Shown here piece by piece: positions 25,967-35,363 of a stretch of DNA of 36,325 nt (within the stretch, counting starts at the first letter, position 1; the number at the start of each line of letters is the position of its first letter). The notes below the pieces were generated by a model. It was not told the DNA's origin. It did not search any database and worked only from the letters and a program-made list of their open reading frames with translations. A program made the position numbers and the translations under genes. Source of the DNA: Deltaproteobacteria bacterium (GTDB lineage: Bacteria > Myxococcota > JACRCW01); NCBI GenBank assembly GCA_016218805.1, contig JACRCW010000123.1, positions 1 to 36,325 of the forward strand. The letters are read 5' to 3'.

Positions 25967-27621
25967 AGACGACTTGGTCAGGCTTTGGCATCACGGTGGT
26001 GGCGGCGTTGAGCGCGGGGTGTCCGTGGTTCACCCCGGCCACCTGCAAGAGCGACTCGGACTGCGCGGCGGATTCTTATTGCGACGCTGCCGCCGGCGGC
26101 TGCCGCCAGGGGGCGCGCGACGGTGGCGCGTCGTCGTCATCGTCCTCGTCTTCGTCTTCGTCGTCCGGGGTGACCTCGGGCAGTTCGGCATCGCGGTCGT
26201 CGTCGGCGGGCGGGTTGTCCTCAGGGAGCAGCGGCAGCGGCGGCAGCAGCCGGGCGTCGTCGGGTGGGACGTCGGGAAGCAGCAGTGCGGTGGTGAGTTC
26301 GTCCGCGCTGCCGGTGGTGTGCCCCTTGGAGTGCGGGCGCACGGCGGACGCGGGGCATGTGTCGGGCTGGTCCTGCAGCGGACCCACCACGGACCTGGCG
26401 TCCTGCCGCGTGGGGACGTGCGAGGACGGGTTCAAGGACTGCGCTACTCCGGCGGGAGCGCAGTGCGCTACGGACGTCCGCACCGATGTGGACAATTGCG
26501 GGGATTGCGGTGTGAGGGTCAGCGACTACCCGGGGGCGAGCGGGTGCGTGAACCGCGGACTGGTATGCGGGGCGAGCACCGCGTGCGAGGGTCCGACGGG
26601 GTACTGCGTGCCGATGGGCGATGGTGGCTTGGGGTGCACGGCGTGCATCACCGACAACGACTGCAGCGGGGATGTCTGCTGCAATGGGGTGTGCGTGCCG
26701 GTGGGCAGCGCTCCGTGCGGGTGCGAGCTTGCAGTGCCAGCGCTGCCCGGCGAGGCGTGCACGAGTGGTTCCGCCGGGCTGCGGTGTATAGCGCTCACGG
26801 GCCAGTTGGCCTCCACGGCGGCGGATGTGCACGCCGGGGTGTGCGGATGCACGCCCGCGGTGGACGGCGGCACGGTGGCGGACACGATGTGCACGATGAG
26901 CGGGAGTTTCCTGGGATTGTGCGGGTCGCGGCAGCGTGACGGCGGGGTGACGGGGGAATGCGTCCCGCAGAACACGCCGGCGCGCACCGACGCAGGACCG
27001 GCGGTCAACTGCGGCTATGAGGGGATCACGTGCAGCCCGGTGATCGGCGGATTGAGCTGTTTTGCGGGGACGGCCGGCAGCGCGGGAGTGGGCTATTGCG
27101 CGTGTTCCAGCTTGGGAGATTATGAGGCGTGCGCAACGCCGGTGCGTGATTCCATCGGGCTGCCGCACGTCGCGGCGAGTCAATGTTTGCAGTTGACGGG
27201 CGGGATCAAGTGCGCCTGTGCTGGCGCGGGCAACACCGCGTGTTCCCCGGGGAGCGCACTTCCGGATTGTTGCGCACCGGACGGGTGCAAGAACCTACGG
27301 GGGGATCCCTTGAACTGCGGCGGGTGCGGAGTGGCGTGTTCTACGGCGGGCACGATTGCGAACCCCGGCTGCAACCGGGACGCGCGCGATGCTGGCCTCG
27401 ATGTGTACGCCTGCGCCTGCGACGACTCCTTGCAGTGCAGTGGTCCGACCGACAGTTGTCAGCCCGTCGCTGGAGTGACCAGGTGCGTGTGCAACGGATT
27501 CAGGGATCAGGCAACCGGCGGGCGGGTGCTCGCATGCCCGGTAGGCATGACCTGTTGTGCAGAGGGATGCTGTGACAAGGCCTGCGCCGACGCGACGCGC
27601 ACCTGCATCACGCATCCCTGA
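25963..27621 (+). CDS. Cys-rich lipoprotein with Ser/Gly linker and Stig1-like repeats
   Basis: ATGA overlap; lipobox LSAGC; TDVDNCGDCG and DPLNCGGCGVAC motifs; dozens of Cys. Confidence 0.82.
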   Translation: MKTTWSGFGITVVAALSAGCPWFTPATCKSDSDCAADSYCDAAAGGCRQGARDGGASSSSSSSSSSSSGVTSGSSASRSSSAGGLSSGSSGSGGSSRASSGGTSGSSSAVVSSSALPVVCPLECGRTADAGHVSGWSCSGPTTDLASCRVGTCEDGFKDCATPAGAQCATDVRTDVDNCGDCGVRVSDYPGASGCVNRGLVCGASTACEGPTGYCVPMGDGGLGCTACITDNDCSGDVCCNGVCVPVGSAPCGCELAVPALPGEACTSGSAGLRCIALTGQLASTAADVHAGVCGCTPAVDGGTVADTMCTMSGSFLGLCGSRQRDGGVTGECVPQNTPARTDAGPAVNCGYEGITCSPVIGGLSCFAGTAGSAGVGYCACSSLGDYEACATPVRDSIGLPHVAASQCLQLTGGIKCACAGAGNTACSPGSALPDCCAPDGCKNLRGDPLNCGGCGVACSTAGTIANPGCNRDARDAGLDVYACACDDSLQCSGPTDSCQPVAGVTRCVCNGFRDQATGGRVLACPVGMTCCAEGCCDKACADATRTCITHP

Positions 27622-27669
27622 GCGGAGGTGGCGGTACCGCGGCGGACCGACAGACCCAGGAAGGTGCCC

Positions 27670-29859
27670 ATGAACGTGTTCCCCTCGCCGAGTGCGTCGC
27701 CTCCCCCCTTGGGGGGGAGGTCGCCGCGGCGCGACGCGCCGCGGCGGGTGGGGGGTGGCGTCCAACCGGCCCGGCTGCCACGGCGCACTCCGGTGCTGTT
27801 TGCGCTCGCCGTCACGCTCCTCTCCACGACCGCGCGCGCGCAGGATGACCGCGAAATAGCGGTGGTGCCGCTGCGCAACTCCCTGGGTGACGCCACCGAC
27901 GCCGCCGACCAGGTGCGCTCCCATCTGCGTGACGCCGGTGCGCGCATCCTTCCGAAGACCGACACCATTCAGCGGCTGCTGGGACCACGGACCACCGGGT
28001 CTCCTGTGGACACCGCTGCCGCGCAGCGGAGCTTTCAGCAGGTCAACAACCTGATGCTGAATGAACGCTTCCGAGAGGCCTACAAGTCGCTGGAAGCGAC
28101 CGTGACGGCGCTCGAGAACGACCCCCAACCGTCCGCGGAAAAGACAGATATCCTCCGTGAGGCGCGCATCCGCATGGCGCTGGTGGCGCTCAACGAGGCG
28201 GGTTCGCGTGAGACCGGGCAGGCCAACACGGAGCAGGGGCGGCTGGCGCAGCAGGCGTTGGCGCGGGTGGTCATGTTGGATCCCGCGTTTTCCCTGGACG
28301 TGGGGAAATACCCGCCGCGCCTCCGCCTGCTGCTGGACCGTGCGCGCGCGGACACGGCGCGCCGTCCGCGCGCTGCTGTGGAGGTTGAGAGTCACCCGTC
28401 CGGCGCCAACGTGTTCCTGGAGGGCCGCCTGCTGGGGCAGGCGCCGTTGAAGCTGGCCTCCGTGGCGCCCACCGGCACGTACCGCGTGTGGGCCGAATAC
28501 CAGGGCCGCCGTTCCAACGTGCGCTCCGTGGAACTCCGCGCGGACGACGTCACGCGCGTCTCCATCGACCTGGTGCTGGAGGGCATGCTCCGCTCCGCGG
28601 ACGGTTCCGTGGAAGTCCTCCCGTCCGACGTGGAGGACACCGCCGCGCCGGAAATCGCCGCGGCGCTGGCGGTGCGGATGGTGGCGTTTGTTGCGCGGCG
28701 GCCGGGCACGTTGGGCGTGATGCTGTATGACGCGGACCGCGGCCTGGTGGTGCGGCGCGGCGAAACCGCGGACAACACTCCGGACGCGACGAAAGTCCTG
28801 GCGCGGCTGGTGTCCCCCGGCGTGGTGGGATCCGAGGTGCAGGCGTTTGCCGCGGACGCGGCGGACATGGGGTTGCCCCAGCAGGTGGCGTTTTGGGCCA
28901 CGGGTGCGCAGGCGGCGGCGGCGGACGCCGCGCGCGGCGCGTCGGTGGCGCTGGCGGAGCTGTCCGCGCCGGAGGTGCAGCTCGCTTCGCGTGACGTGTT
29001 GGAGCGGTGCCGCAGCGACGTGGCGTGCATGCTGGCGGCGCTGGGCAAGGACGGGGCGCAGCGCGCCGTCCAGGTGGAGGTGATGCCGGGGCGGCCGCTG
29101 GGGCGCGTGGAGGCGGCGCTTTTTGACGTGCAGAGCGGGCAGGAGCTGCGCCGGGTCACGCTGCGTTTTGCGGAGGGCACCGCGTCTGAGGGTGCACGCA
29201 ATGCGGTGTGGCGTCTGGTGCGGCCCTCCGGTTGCGCCGGCGCGGTGACGCTGCAGTCCCCGCGTGACGGGCTCAACGTGCTGTGGGACGGCGTGCCGCT
29301 GGGCCAGACGCCGCTGGTGCCACTCCAGGGCGTGCCGGCGGGGCGGCACGTGCTGCGCGTGATGGGAACCGGCCTCACGGACGCGGAAATGGTGGTGGAG
29401 GTCCCGTTGCGCGCCGAGGCAACGGTGACCGTGCAGGTGGAAGCGGAGCGCATTGAGCTGCTGGCGCGGAAACCGGCGGCCGCGCGCGCAGCGACCACGG
29501 AAACAGCCAGCCCCGTGGCGACGGAGGACGAGGAACCGCGGCCACGCCGTCCGGTGTGGGCGCTGGCGGTGGCGGGCGCGGGTGCGGTGGGCTGCGCATT
29601 GCTGGCTCCCGTCGGGCTGGCCGCGCTGGCAACGGGTATTGGCGGGACGGCGTGGTCTGCCACGTTCCAGCGCGATGCGCAGGGCGGCGTGGTGCTGGAG
29701 GAGGGCGAGACGCTGGAGCAGGCCCAACGGCGGATCATGCTGGGAGCCGGGATTGCCGGGGGCGGATTCCTCGGTGCGGGCGCCGTTGCGTTGGCCGCCA
29801 CGGGTGCGCTGGCGGTGGTGGCCGCGGGAATCGTGTTGTTCCTGGTGCTGCGGGTGTGA
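27670..29859 (+). CDS. Exported protein with two PEGA domains and C-terminal hydrophobic hairpin
   Basis: VESHPSGANVFLEGRLLGQAPL and GLNVLWDGVPLGQTPL...VPAGRHVLRV; signal h-region ending ARA. Start uncertain: ATG 27670 with AGGAAGG, or GTG 27793. Confidence 0.8.
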   Translation: MNVFPSPSASPPPLGGRSPRRDAPRRVGGGVQPARLPRRTPVLFALAVTLLSTTARAQDDREIAVVPLRNSLGDATDAADQVRSHLRDAGARILPKTDTIQRLLGPRTTGSPVDTAAAQRSFQQVNNLMLNERFREAYKSLEATVTALENDPQPSAEKTDILREARIRMALVALNEAGSRETGQANTEQGRLAQQALARVVMLDPAFSLDVGKYPPRLRLLLDRARADTARRPRAAVEVESHPSGANVFLEGRLLGQAPLKLASVAPTGTYRVWAEYQGRRSNVRSVELRADDVTRVSIDLVLEGMLRSADGSVEVLPSDVEDTAAPEIAAALAVRMVAFVARRPGTLGVMLYDADRGLVVRRGETADNTPDATKVLARLVSPGVVGSEVQAFAADAADMGLPQQVAFWATGAQAAAADAARGASVALAELSAPEVQLASRDVLERCRSDVACMLAALGKDGAQRAVQVEVMPGRPLGRVEAALFDVQSGQELRRVTLRFAEGTASEGARNAVWRLVRPSGCAGAVTLQSPRDGLNVLWDGVPLGQTPLVPLQGVPAGRHVLRVMGTGLTDAEMVVEVPLRAEATVTVQVEAERIELLARKPAAARAATTETASPVATEDEEPRPRRPVWALAVAGAGAVGCALLAPVGLAALATGIGGTAWSATFQRDAQGGVVLEEGETLEQAQRRIMLGAGIAGGGFLGAGAVALAATGALAVVAAGIVLFLVLRV
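27700..27755 (+). repeat. Two-hairpin dispersed repeat, copy C
   Basis: CCTCCCCCCTTGGGGGGGAGG-T-CGCCGCGGCGC-GAC-GCGCCGCGGCG-GGTGGGGGG. Confidence 0.85.
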
Positions 29860-29875
29860 CGCGCGCCCGGGCGGA

Positions 29876-31603
29876 TCAGAGCGCCAGTCTCGTCGTCACC
29901 GACGGGCCAAAGAGCACGTCCAGGTTGCTCGCGCGGTCGTAATATCCGCGGTCACAGCAGCGGTTGCGCCGCGCAAAGCCCTCCCGGGCGGTGTAGAATA
30001 CCGCGTAATAGTGCACCGCGAGTTGTACCCCAAGTTCCACCTGGAAAAACGGCAATTCAAAGAGATACGCCGGCCGCAGCTCCATCCCGATATAGTTGGG
30101 CGGGCGCGCGTAGCCACTGCGGACCATCTTCCCGTCCTGCAGCGTGTACGTCTGCTCCAGGATATCCTGGGGTTGCGGCACGGGCGTGGACCGGTTGCGG
30201 CGCAGCACCATAGGCACCACAAACCCGGCACCCAGCGCGGCGTCCGTGGCCAGCGCCCCAAAACGGCCCTGCCACGGGCGCCACACCAGCCGCACCGTAG
30301 GGCGGATGCCGTGGTACCAGAGGTCCGCAAACGGCTCGCGCGTGGTGGGTTTCCCGAAGACGAGCAGTTCCCCCGTGTAGCCAACGCGCAATGACAGATC
30401 GAGATCCTCCGCGCTGTACAGCCGCCAGCCCGCGTACAGGTGCACCGTCTGCCACGTGGAGGGAATGGGGCAGATTTCGCGGAGCACGCCTGGAAGCCGG
30501 AACGGGCAGCCCAGGTCCGGCCGGGTCCGGCCGTTGAGTGATGGGTTTCCTATGGGTTCAGGCAGGCGGGCCAGCGCCGGCGGGACGTAGTCCGTGTATG
30601 AGAACAGGTGGCCATTGAGCCGTCCGCCCACAATGAGCCCGAATGGCGCGTGGTACTCGGCGTCCAACGACAGCGCGGCGGTGACGACGTCCAACCGGTA
30701 GTTTCCCAGCGGGTCATTGAATGCATTGCTTTGGAACCGCTGGAGGAAATACCAGCTGTTGGCGCCCACTCCCAGCACCAGGCCGCGGCCAATGGGCCGT
30801 CCGTCAAGAATGCCGGGAATTCGGCGCGGAGGTGGTCTCCCGGCCGGCGGCGTGATGGCGGGCGCGGGCGCCTCCGGTGCGCGCGGCGGCGGCGGCACGG
30901 CAACTTCCGGCGGCGCGTGCGTGGCAAAGTCCGGCGAACCTTCGGGAATGAACTCCGGCGCGGCCGGAGGCGGCGCCCACGGCCGGCTGCCACCGGGGCG
31001 TGGCTCCGCATCAGCGGGATCCCGCACCACCAGCTTGAGGACCCACCCCAGCGGCTCGCCGTCGCGCGTGCACAGGAGGAACAGCCCGTCCTCGCTGACG
31101 GCTTTCACTTCCAGCGTGTCCCCCGCCATCACGTCGTCCGTGATGGCCGCCAGCAGGGACGGTTCCGCGTGCGCCAGCGCCCCGCCGGGAGACGTCACCG
31201 AATACCGCGTGGGGCCCGCAGGGATGGCCGGTGGGTCACCCAACGCCAGCGGGCGCGCCCGCGGGTCCAGCCAGCCGGCTTTGCCTTGTTCCGTCTCGAC
31301 GAGGATCCAGCCCGAGCCCTCAGCGGTGCGCACCCGCGGGAGACAGCGGTCCGTCCGCACAACGCGGTGGACGCCAAACGCCTCCGCCGGCCCCAGGCGC
31401 AGCACGGCGCCACGGCGCGCAAGCACCTGCGTGTCAGCGCAGGCCCCGTCACGGGGCGCCTGTCCGGACGGCCCCTCCCGTTTCTGTCCGGTGGGCGCCG
31501 CGGGGGCGGTGGTCTTTTCACGGGGTTTCTCACGCGCGGGCGCGGCCAGCGCGACGGCGGGCGCGAGCAGGAGCGCCGGCCAGGCAATGAAACGGAGGGG
31601 CAT
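29876..31603 (-). CDS. Secreted protein with two SH3b-like domains, Pro linker and probable beta-barrel C-terminal half
   Basis: Signal peptide; GWILVETEQGKAGWL and GDTLEV..GWV (SH3-like); amphipathic, aromatic-rich strands through to the C-terminus. Confidence 0.65.
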   Translation of the reverse strand: MPLRFIAWPALLLAPAVALAAPAREKPREKTTAPAAPTGQKREGPSGQAPRDGACADTQVLARRGAVLRLGPAEAFGVHRVVRTDRCLPRVRTAEGSGWILVETEQGKAGWLDPRARPLALGDPPAIPAGPTRYSVTSPGGALAHAEPSLLAAITDDVMAGDTLEVKAVSEDGLFLLCTRDGEPLGWVLKLVVRDPADAEPRPGGSRPWAPPPAAPEFIPEGSPDFATHAPPEVAVPPPPRAPEAPAPAITPPAGRPPPRRIPGILDGRPIGRGLVLGVGANSWYFLQRFQSNAFNDPLGNYRLDVVTAALSLDAEYHAPFGLIVGGRLNGHLFSYTDYVPPALARLPEPIGNPSLNGRTRPDLGCPFRLPGVLREICPIPSTWQTVHLYAGWRLYSAEDLDLSLRVGYTGELLVFGKPTTREPFADLWYHGIRPTVRLVWRPWQGRFGALATDAALGAGFVVPMVLRRNRSTPVPQPQDILEQTYTLQDGKMVRSGYARPPNYIGMELRPAYLFELPFFQVELGVQLAVHYYAVFYTAREGFARRNRCCDRGYYDRASNLDVLFGPSVTTRLAL

Positions 31604-31615
31604 GCGCTTGCGAAT

Positions 31616-34045
31616 CTAGCGCAGCGGTCCCTGCGCCTCCACCCGCCGTGCGCTCCGTCGGCGGCAGGCCGACCGCAGCAGCGCGAGCATCACGATCCCC
31701 GACAGGGAGGGCGTCGCAGCGGGCACCGCGCACGTGCACCCCTGGGCCGGCGCACCGCCGGGCGCGTCCCCGCCCGACCCGGTTCCGTCGCCGTCACCGG
31801 GGTTGCCGCCGGGAGTGTCGGTGCCGGACCCCGGGTTGGTTGTGGTGCCCGGGCAGCCCGCGGCAACGTCGGTGATGGACAACTCATCAATGCCCGCCTC
31901 CACAATGTTCTGCTCGTCACCCAGGTCACCGATGACGAAACGCAGTTTGACCTTGTGCGCTGCTCCCGCAGTCACGCCGGCGACGTCCGCCAGGCGGATT
32001 GCCTTGTCCTTCCATTGGAAGTCGTTGGATGCGTCGCGGTCCACCTCGGTCCACGCGCCGTCGTCCACGCGGAGCAGGGTCACCAGGTCATCGCCGGTGC
32101 CGTCGCGCAGTTCGCCCGCCTGGACGTCCACCACAAACGCTGAATGCCAGCTTTTCCAACGCACCACCGGGTCCACCAGTCCTGCCAGGTCCAGCGGTGT
32201 TGTCTCCAACGTGGTGGTCCCGTCGTCGACGTCCGTGGCGCCCACCTGCTCGGGATCCGCGCCGGCCGCACCCGGGTCCGTGAAGAAACCGTGGCTGCCA
32301 TCCGGCGTGACGTCGTCACCCGGCTGGCCAATGACCTGCGTGGCGCCGTAACGGCGCAGGTCCGTGAGTTGCGGCACGCCCCACGCCCATGCTCCGTGGA
32401 CCGCGCTGTCCGTGCCGTCGGGATTCACCGTCCAGCCGGGAAGGGACTCCAGCGCGTCGCTACCCACGGTGCGCAGCCCAACGGGAAGGCGCGCAGATTG
32501 AGTGATCGGTCGCGGACCGTCGGTGGTCAGCGTGGCGGTCAGGGTCAGCACGCTCCCGCACGCCAGCGTGTCCGCCGGCGTGACGGTGAACGCCAGCGTT
32601 GACATCGTGCCGGCGGCCAGAGCGGGGAGCGCAACCTGGGCCGGCGTGACCACGCCGGTCTCCGCCGCCAGCGCGAGCATGGCGGGCAGGGAGTCCGCGC
32701 TGCCGGTGTTCTCAACGGTCACCTCCACCGGGAGGTCACGGCCGGGCAACACCGGTTCCGCCGCCGCGGCGCCGGTCACGCGGGGCGCGGAGACCTTGAG
32801 CCGCGCGGTGGCGCAATTGCCGGACAACGCGGTGCACACCGAGGCGCGCCCGCCCGTCCATTCGCCGAACTTGCGCTCCCAGGTGAGCCGGAACGCGTCC
32901 ACCTGCTCCGCCAGTTGCTGCGCATCCGCCGCCGTCTGGCCCGGCTGCGTGATCACCACCAGTGCCACGTTGAAGTCCTTCTGCGTGGTCTCTGACGACG
33001 GCACGCGCGGCCCCAGCGCCGCGATCACGTGGTCCACCGTGAGGTCCACCCGTGTGCCCGTCACCGTCAGCCCGCGCCGCAACACGCTGGTGGCTGTCAC
33101 CGCCTGGCCGCCGTAGCGCGCGCCCGTGATCACGTAGAACGGGTCAACCTCCTCCGGCGCGTGGAGCCCCATCAGGTACAGGTCCAGCGTGGAGAAACGT
33201 GACTTCTGCGAGATGTTGAATTGCTGGTCGCTGAAGACCTCCGCCGCGGTGAACGTCCCGTTGCCGTTGTCCCGCCACGCAATGCCGTCCTGCACCGACG
33301 TGTAGACGTCCCCGCTCATGTCAGCCGGCCCGGTGTGCATCAGCGCGGACCAGTGCGCCTGGTCCCGGCCCAGCAGCACGTCGCTGACCTGGCCGCTGTC
33401 CAGGCCGTCCTTTTTCACCTTCGCAAACGCCAGCCACCGGTGCGTCAGCTCCTGGCCCATGATCGGGTAGGCGGCGGAGGTCTCGTCGGTGATCGGCAGG
33501 CCGTCCACCTGCGCGTACGCCGCCGGGTGGTTCATGTTCAGGAACCCCTGCAACCGCCCCGTGGAACCGAAGAAGTCACTGAGGTCCACCGGGTCCTGCC
33601 CCGTGCCGCGCTCCTCCGCCTTGATGGTGGAGAAATACGCAAAGCCCGGGTTGGAGAGGTCCTCAAACGCCGGGAACACAACCACGAAGTCAAAGTGGTC
33701 CCCCTCCTCCTCAATGACCTGGCGCGTGATGCGCGGAAGGTCCTGCTTGCCCTGGTCCATCCGCAGGCCGTACCCGCTGTTTCCTTGCGTCGTGATCGTG
33801 GAGACGTTCGTGCTGTCTCCTTCAATCACCTTCACCTCGCCCACCACGGTGCTGACCGCGTAGCGCTCCACGCGTGACGGCGGCGCCTGCGTGACGTCGA
33901 CGCGGGCATCGGCGCGCGGGCGCCAGTCACTGTGACGGAAGAACTCCTCCAGCTCGCGCGCACCCAGCGGCAGGTCCGGCGCATCTCCGCACGCTGCCAA
34001 CAACGGAAGACCCGCCGCCAGGAACCACTTCGCCGACACCCTCAT
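31616..34045 (-). CDS. Large surface protein with zincin-like domain, Ig/CARDB-like and beta-sandwich domains, MYXO-CTERM-like tail
   Basis: MRVSAKWFLAAGLPLLAAC; QELTHRW...HWS; FSTLDLYLMGL; VTVENTGS; C-terminal GCTCA-hydrophobic-RRR. Confidence 0.75.
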   Translation of the reverse strand: MRVSAKWFLAAGLPLLAACGDAPDLPLGARELEEFFRHSDWRPRADARVDVTQAPPSRVERYAVSTVVGEVKVIEGDSTNVSTITTQGNSGYGLRMDQGKQDLPRITRQVIEEEGDHFDFVVVFPAFEDLSNPGFAYFSTIKAEERGTGQDPVDLSDFFGSTGRLQGFLNMNHPAAYAQVDGLPITDETSAAYPIMGQELTHRWLAFAKVKKDGLDSGQVSDVLLGRDQAHWSALMHTGPADMSGDVYTSVQDGIAWRDNGNGTFTAAEVFSDQQFNISQKSRFSTLDLYLMGLHAPEEVDPFYVITGARYGGQAVTATSVLRRGLTVTGTRVDLTVDHVIAALGPRVPSSETTQKDFNVALVVITQPGQTAADAQQLAEQVDAFRLTWERKFGEWTGGRASVCTALSGNCATARLKVSAPRVTGAAAAEPVLPGRDLPVEVTVENTGSADSLPAMLALAAETGVVTPAQVALPALAAGTMSTLAFTVTPADTLACGSVLTLTATLTTDGPRPITQSARLPVGLRTVGSDALESLPGWTVNPDGTDSAVHGAWAWGVPQLTDLRRYGATQVIGQPGDDVTPDGSHGFFTDPGAAGADPEQVGATDVDDGTTTLETTPLDLAGLVDPVVRWKSWHSAFVVDVQAGELRDGTGDDLVTLLRVDDGAWTEVDRDASNDFQWKDKAIRLADVAGVTAGAAHKVKLRFVIGDLGDEQNIVEAGIDELSITDVAAGCPGTTTNPGSGTDTPGGNPGDGDGTGSGGDAPGGAPAQGCTCAVPAATPSLSGIVMLALLRSACRRRSARRVEAQGPLR

Positions 34046-34248
34046 CGTAATCGCCGTTTCTCGTCGGATACGACAGTTGTCCGATACGCAGGGGCGCGCC
34101 GTCCGACGGGCCGGACGCGTGGGCGCACCGCGGCAGCGAACCGCGTGCCAACGTGCCCGGGCGCTTGTTCCGCGCGGTTGCGCCGCGCGCACACGGGTGT
34201 TGGTACGCCGGGCGTCAGGCTGTTAACGCTGCGCGCCCGGAGGAGCGC

Positions 34249-35214
34249 GTGAGTGTAGGAACGGCAAACAAGGGGTTTTCGCCGGCGCGGTGGGCCGCGG
34301 GCGCGCACGCGCAGACCGTGCTGGGCGCGGTGTTGCCGCGCGTGGTGTCACTGCCCGGTGCGGACGTGCACGACGTGGAGGTGGAAGCGGGGACGCGGGT
34401 GCGGCTGCTGTGCCACTGGGCGGCGGCGGGGACGCGCGCGCCGACGGTGCTGCTGCTGCACGGGCTGGAAGGAAGCGCGCAGAGCGGCTTCATGCGCGGG
34501 ATGGCGTTTCACGCGCTGGCCGCGGGCTGCAACGCGGTGCGGATGAACATGCGCAATTGCGGTGGGACGGAGCACCTGTCGCGCACGCTGTATCACTCCG
34601 GGCTCTCAGGGGACGTGCGCGCTGTGGTTGAGTGGCTTGCCGCGCGCGGGCACGGGCGGCTGGGCCTGGCCGGTTACAGCATGGGAGGGAACATGGTGCT
34701 GAAGCTGGCTGCGGAGGGCGCGCCTCCCTCGGTCCGCGCCGTGGCCACCGTGTGCCCGGCTACCGACCTGGACGCGGCGGCGACGCAGCTGCACCGCCCG
34801 GTGAACCGCGCGTATGAACTGTTTTTCCTGGCCGGCCTGCTCCGACGACACGCGCGCAAGGCGCGGCGGGTGCCTGATGCGTACCCGCGCCTGGTGCGCG
34901 GGCTGCCGCGCAGCGTGCGGGAGTTTGATGAGGTGGTGACCGCGCCAGCGTTCGGGTTTGCCGGGGCGGCGGATTACTACGCGCGGGCGGCGGCAGGGCC
35001 GCGCGTGGGCGAGATCAAGGTGCCCGCGCTGGTGATTCATGCCGCGGATGATCCGTTTGTTCCGCTCACCCACGCGGTGCGCGCCGCCATGAACGCAAAC
35101 CCGGCCATCACGCTGGATGCGCCTGCGCGCGGCGGACACTGCGGCTTCTGCGAAGGTGCGGCGTCATTCTGGGCGGAACGGCGGGTGGTTGCGTTTCTGG
35201 CGGAGCGCGTGTGA
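34249..35214 (+). CDS. YheT/ABHD-type alpha/beta hydrolase
   Basis: HAQT, LHGLEGS, HSGLSGD, GYSMGG nucleophile elbow, DDPFV, GGHCGF; GGAGGAG before GTG 34249. Confidence 0.9.
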   Translation: MSVGTANKGFSPARWAAGAHAQTVLGAVLPRVVSLPGADVHDVEVEAGTRVRLLCHWAAAGTRAPTVLLLHGLEGSAQSGFMRGMAFHALAAGCNAVRMNMRNCGGTEHLSRTLYHSGLSGDVRAVVEWLAARGHGRLGLAGYSMGGNMVLKLAAEGAPPSVRAVATVCPATDLDAAATQLHRPVNRAYELFFLAGLLRRHARKARRVPDAYPRLVRGLPRSVREFDEVVTAPAFGFAGAADYYARAAAGPRVGEIKVPALVIHAADDPFVPLTHAVRAAMNANPAITLDAPARGGHCGFCEGAASFWAERRVVAFLAERV

Positions 35215-35246
35215 CCACGGCCTGCCGTCGCCCGCCACGCGCGTAG

Positions 35247-35302
35247 CCTCCCCCGTCGTGGGGGAGGCCGCCGAGGCGCGCAGCGCCGAGGCGGGTGGGG
35301 GG
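35247..35302 (+). repeat. Two-hairpin dispersed repeat, copy D
   Basis: CCTCCCCCGTCGTGGGGGAGG-C-CGCCGAGGCGC-GCA-GCGCCGAGGCG-GGTGGGGGG. Confidence 0.82.
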
Positions 35303-35363
35303 CGCGCCACCCGGTGCGCCCTCAGGCTTGCGCCGCCGCACGCCGCCGCGTACGCCGCAACCG

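Noticed and set aside
27295..29727. 810-aa minus-strand ORF
   Set aside because: Shadow of the PEGA gene; no recognisable domain.
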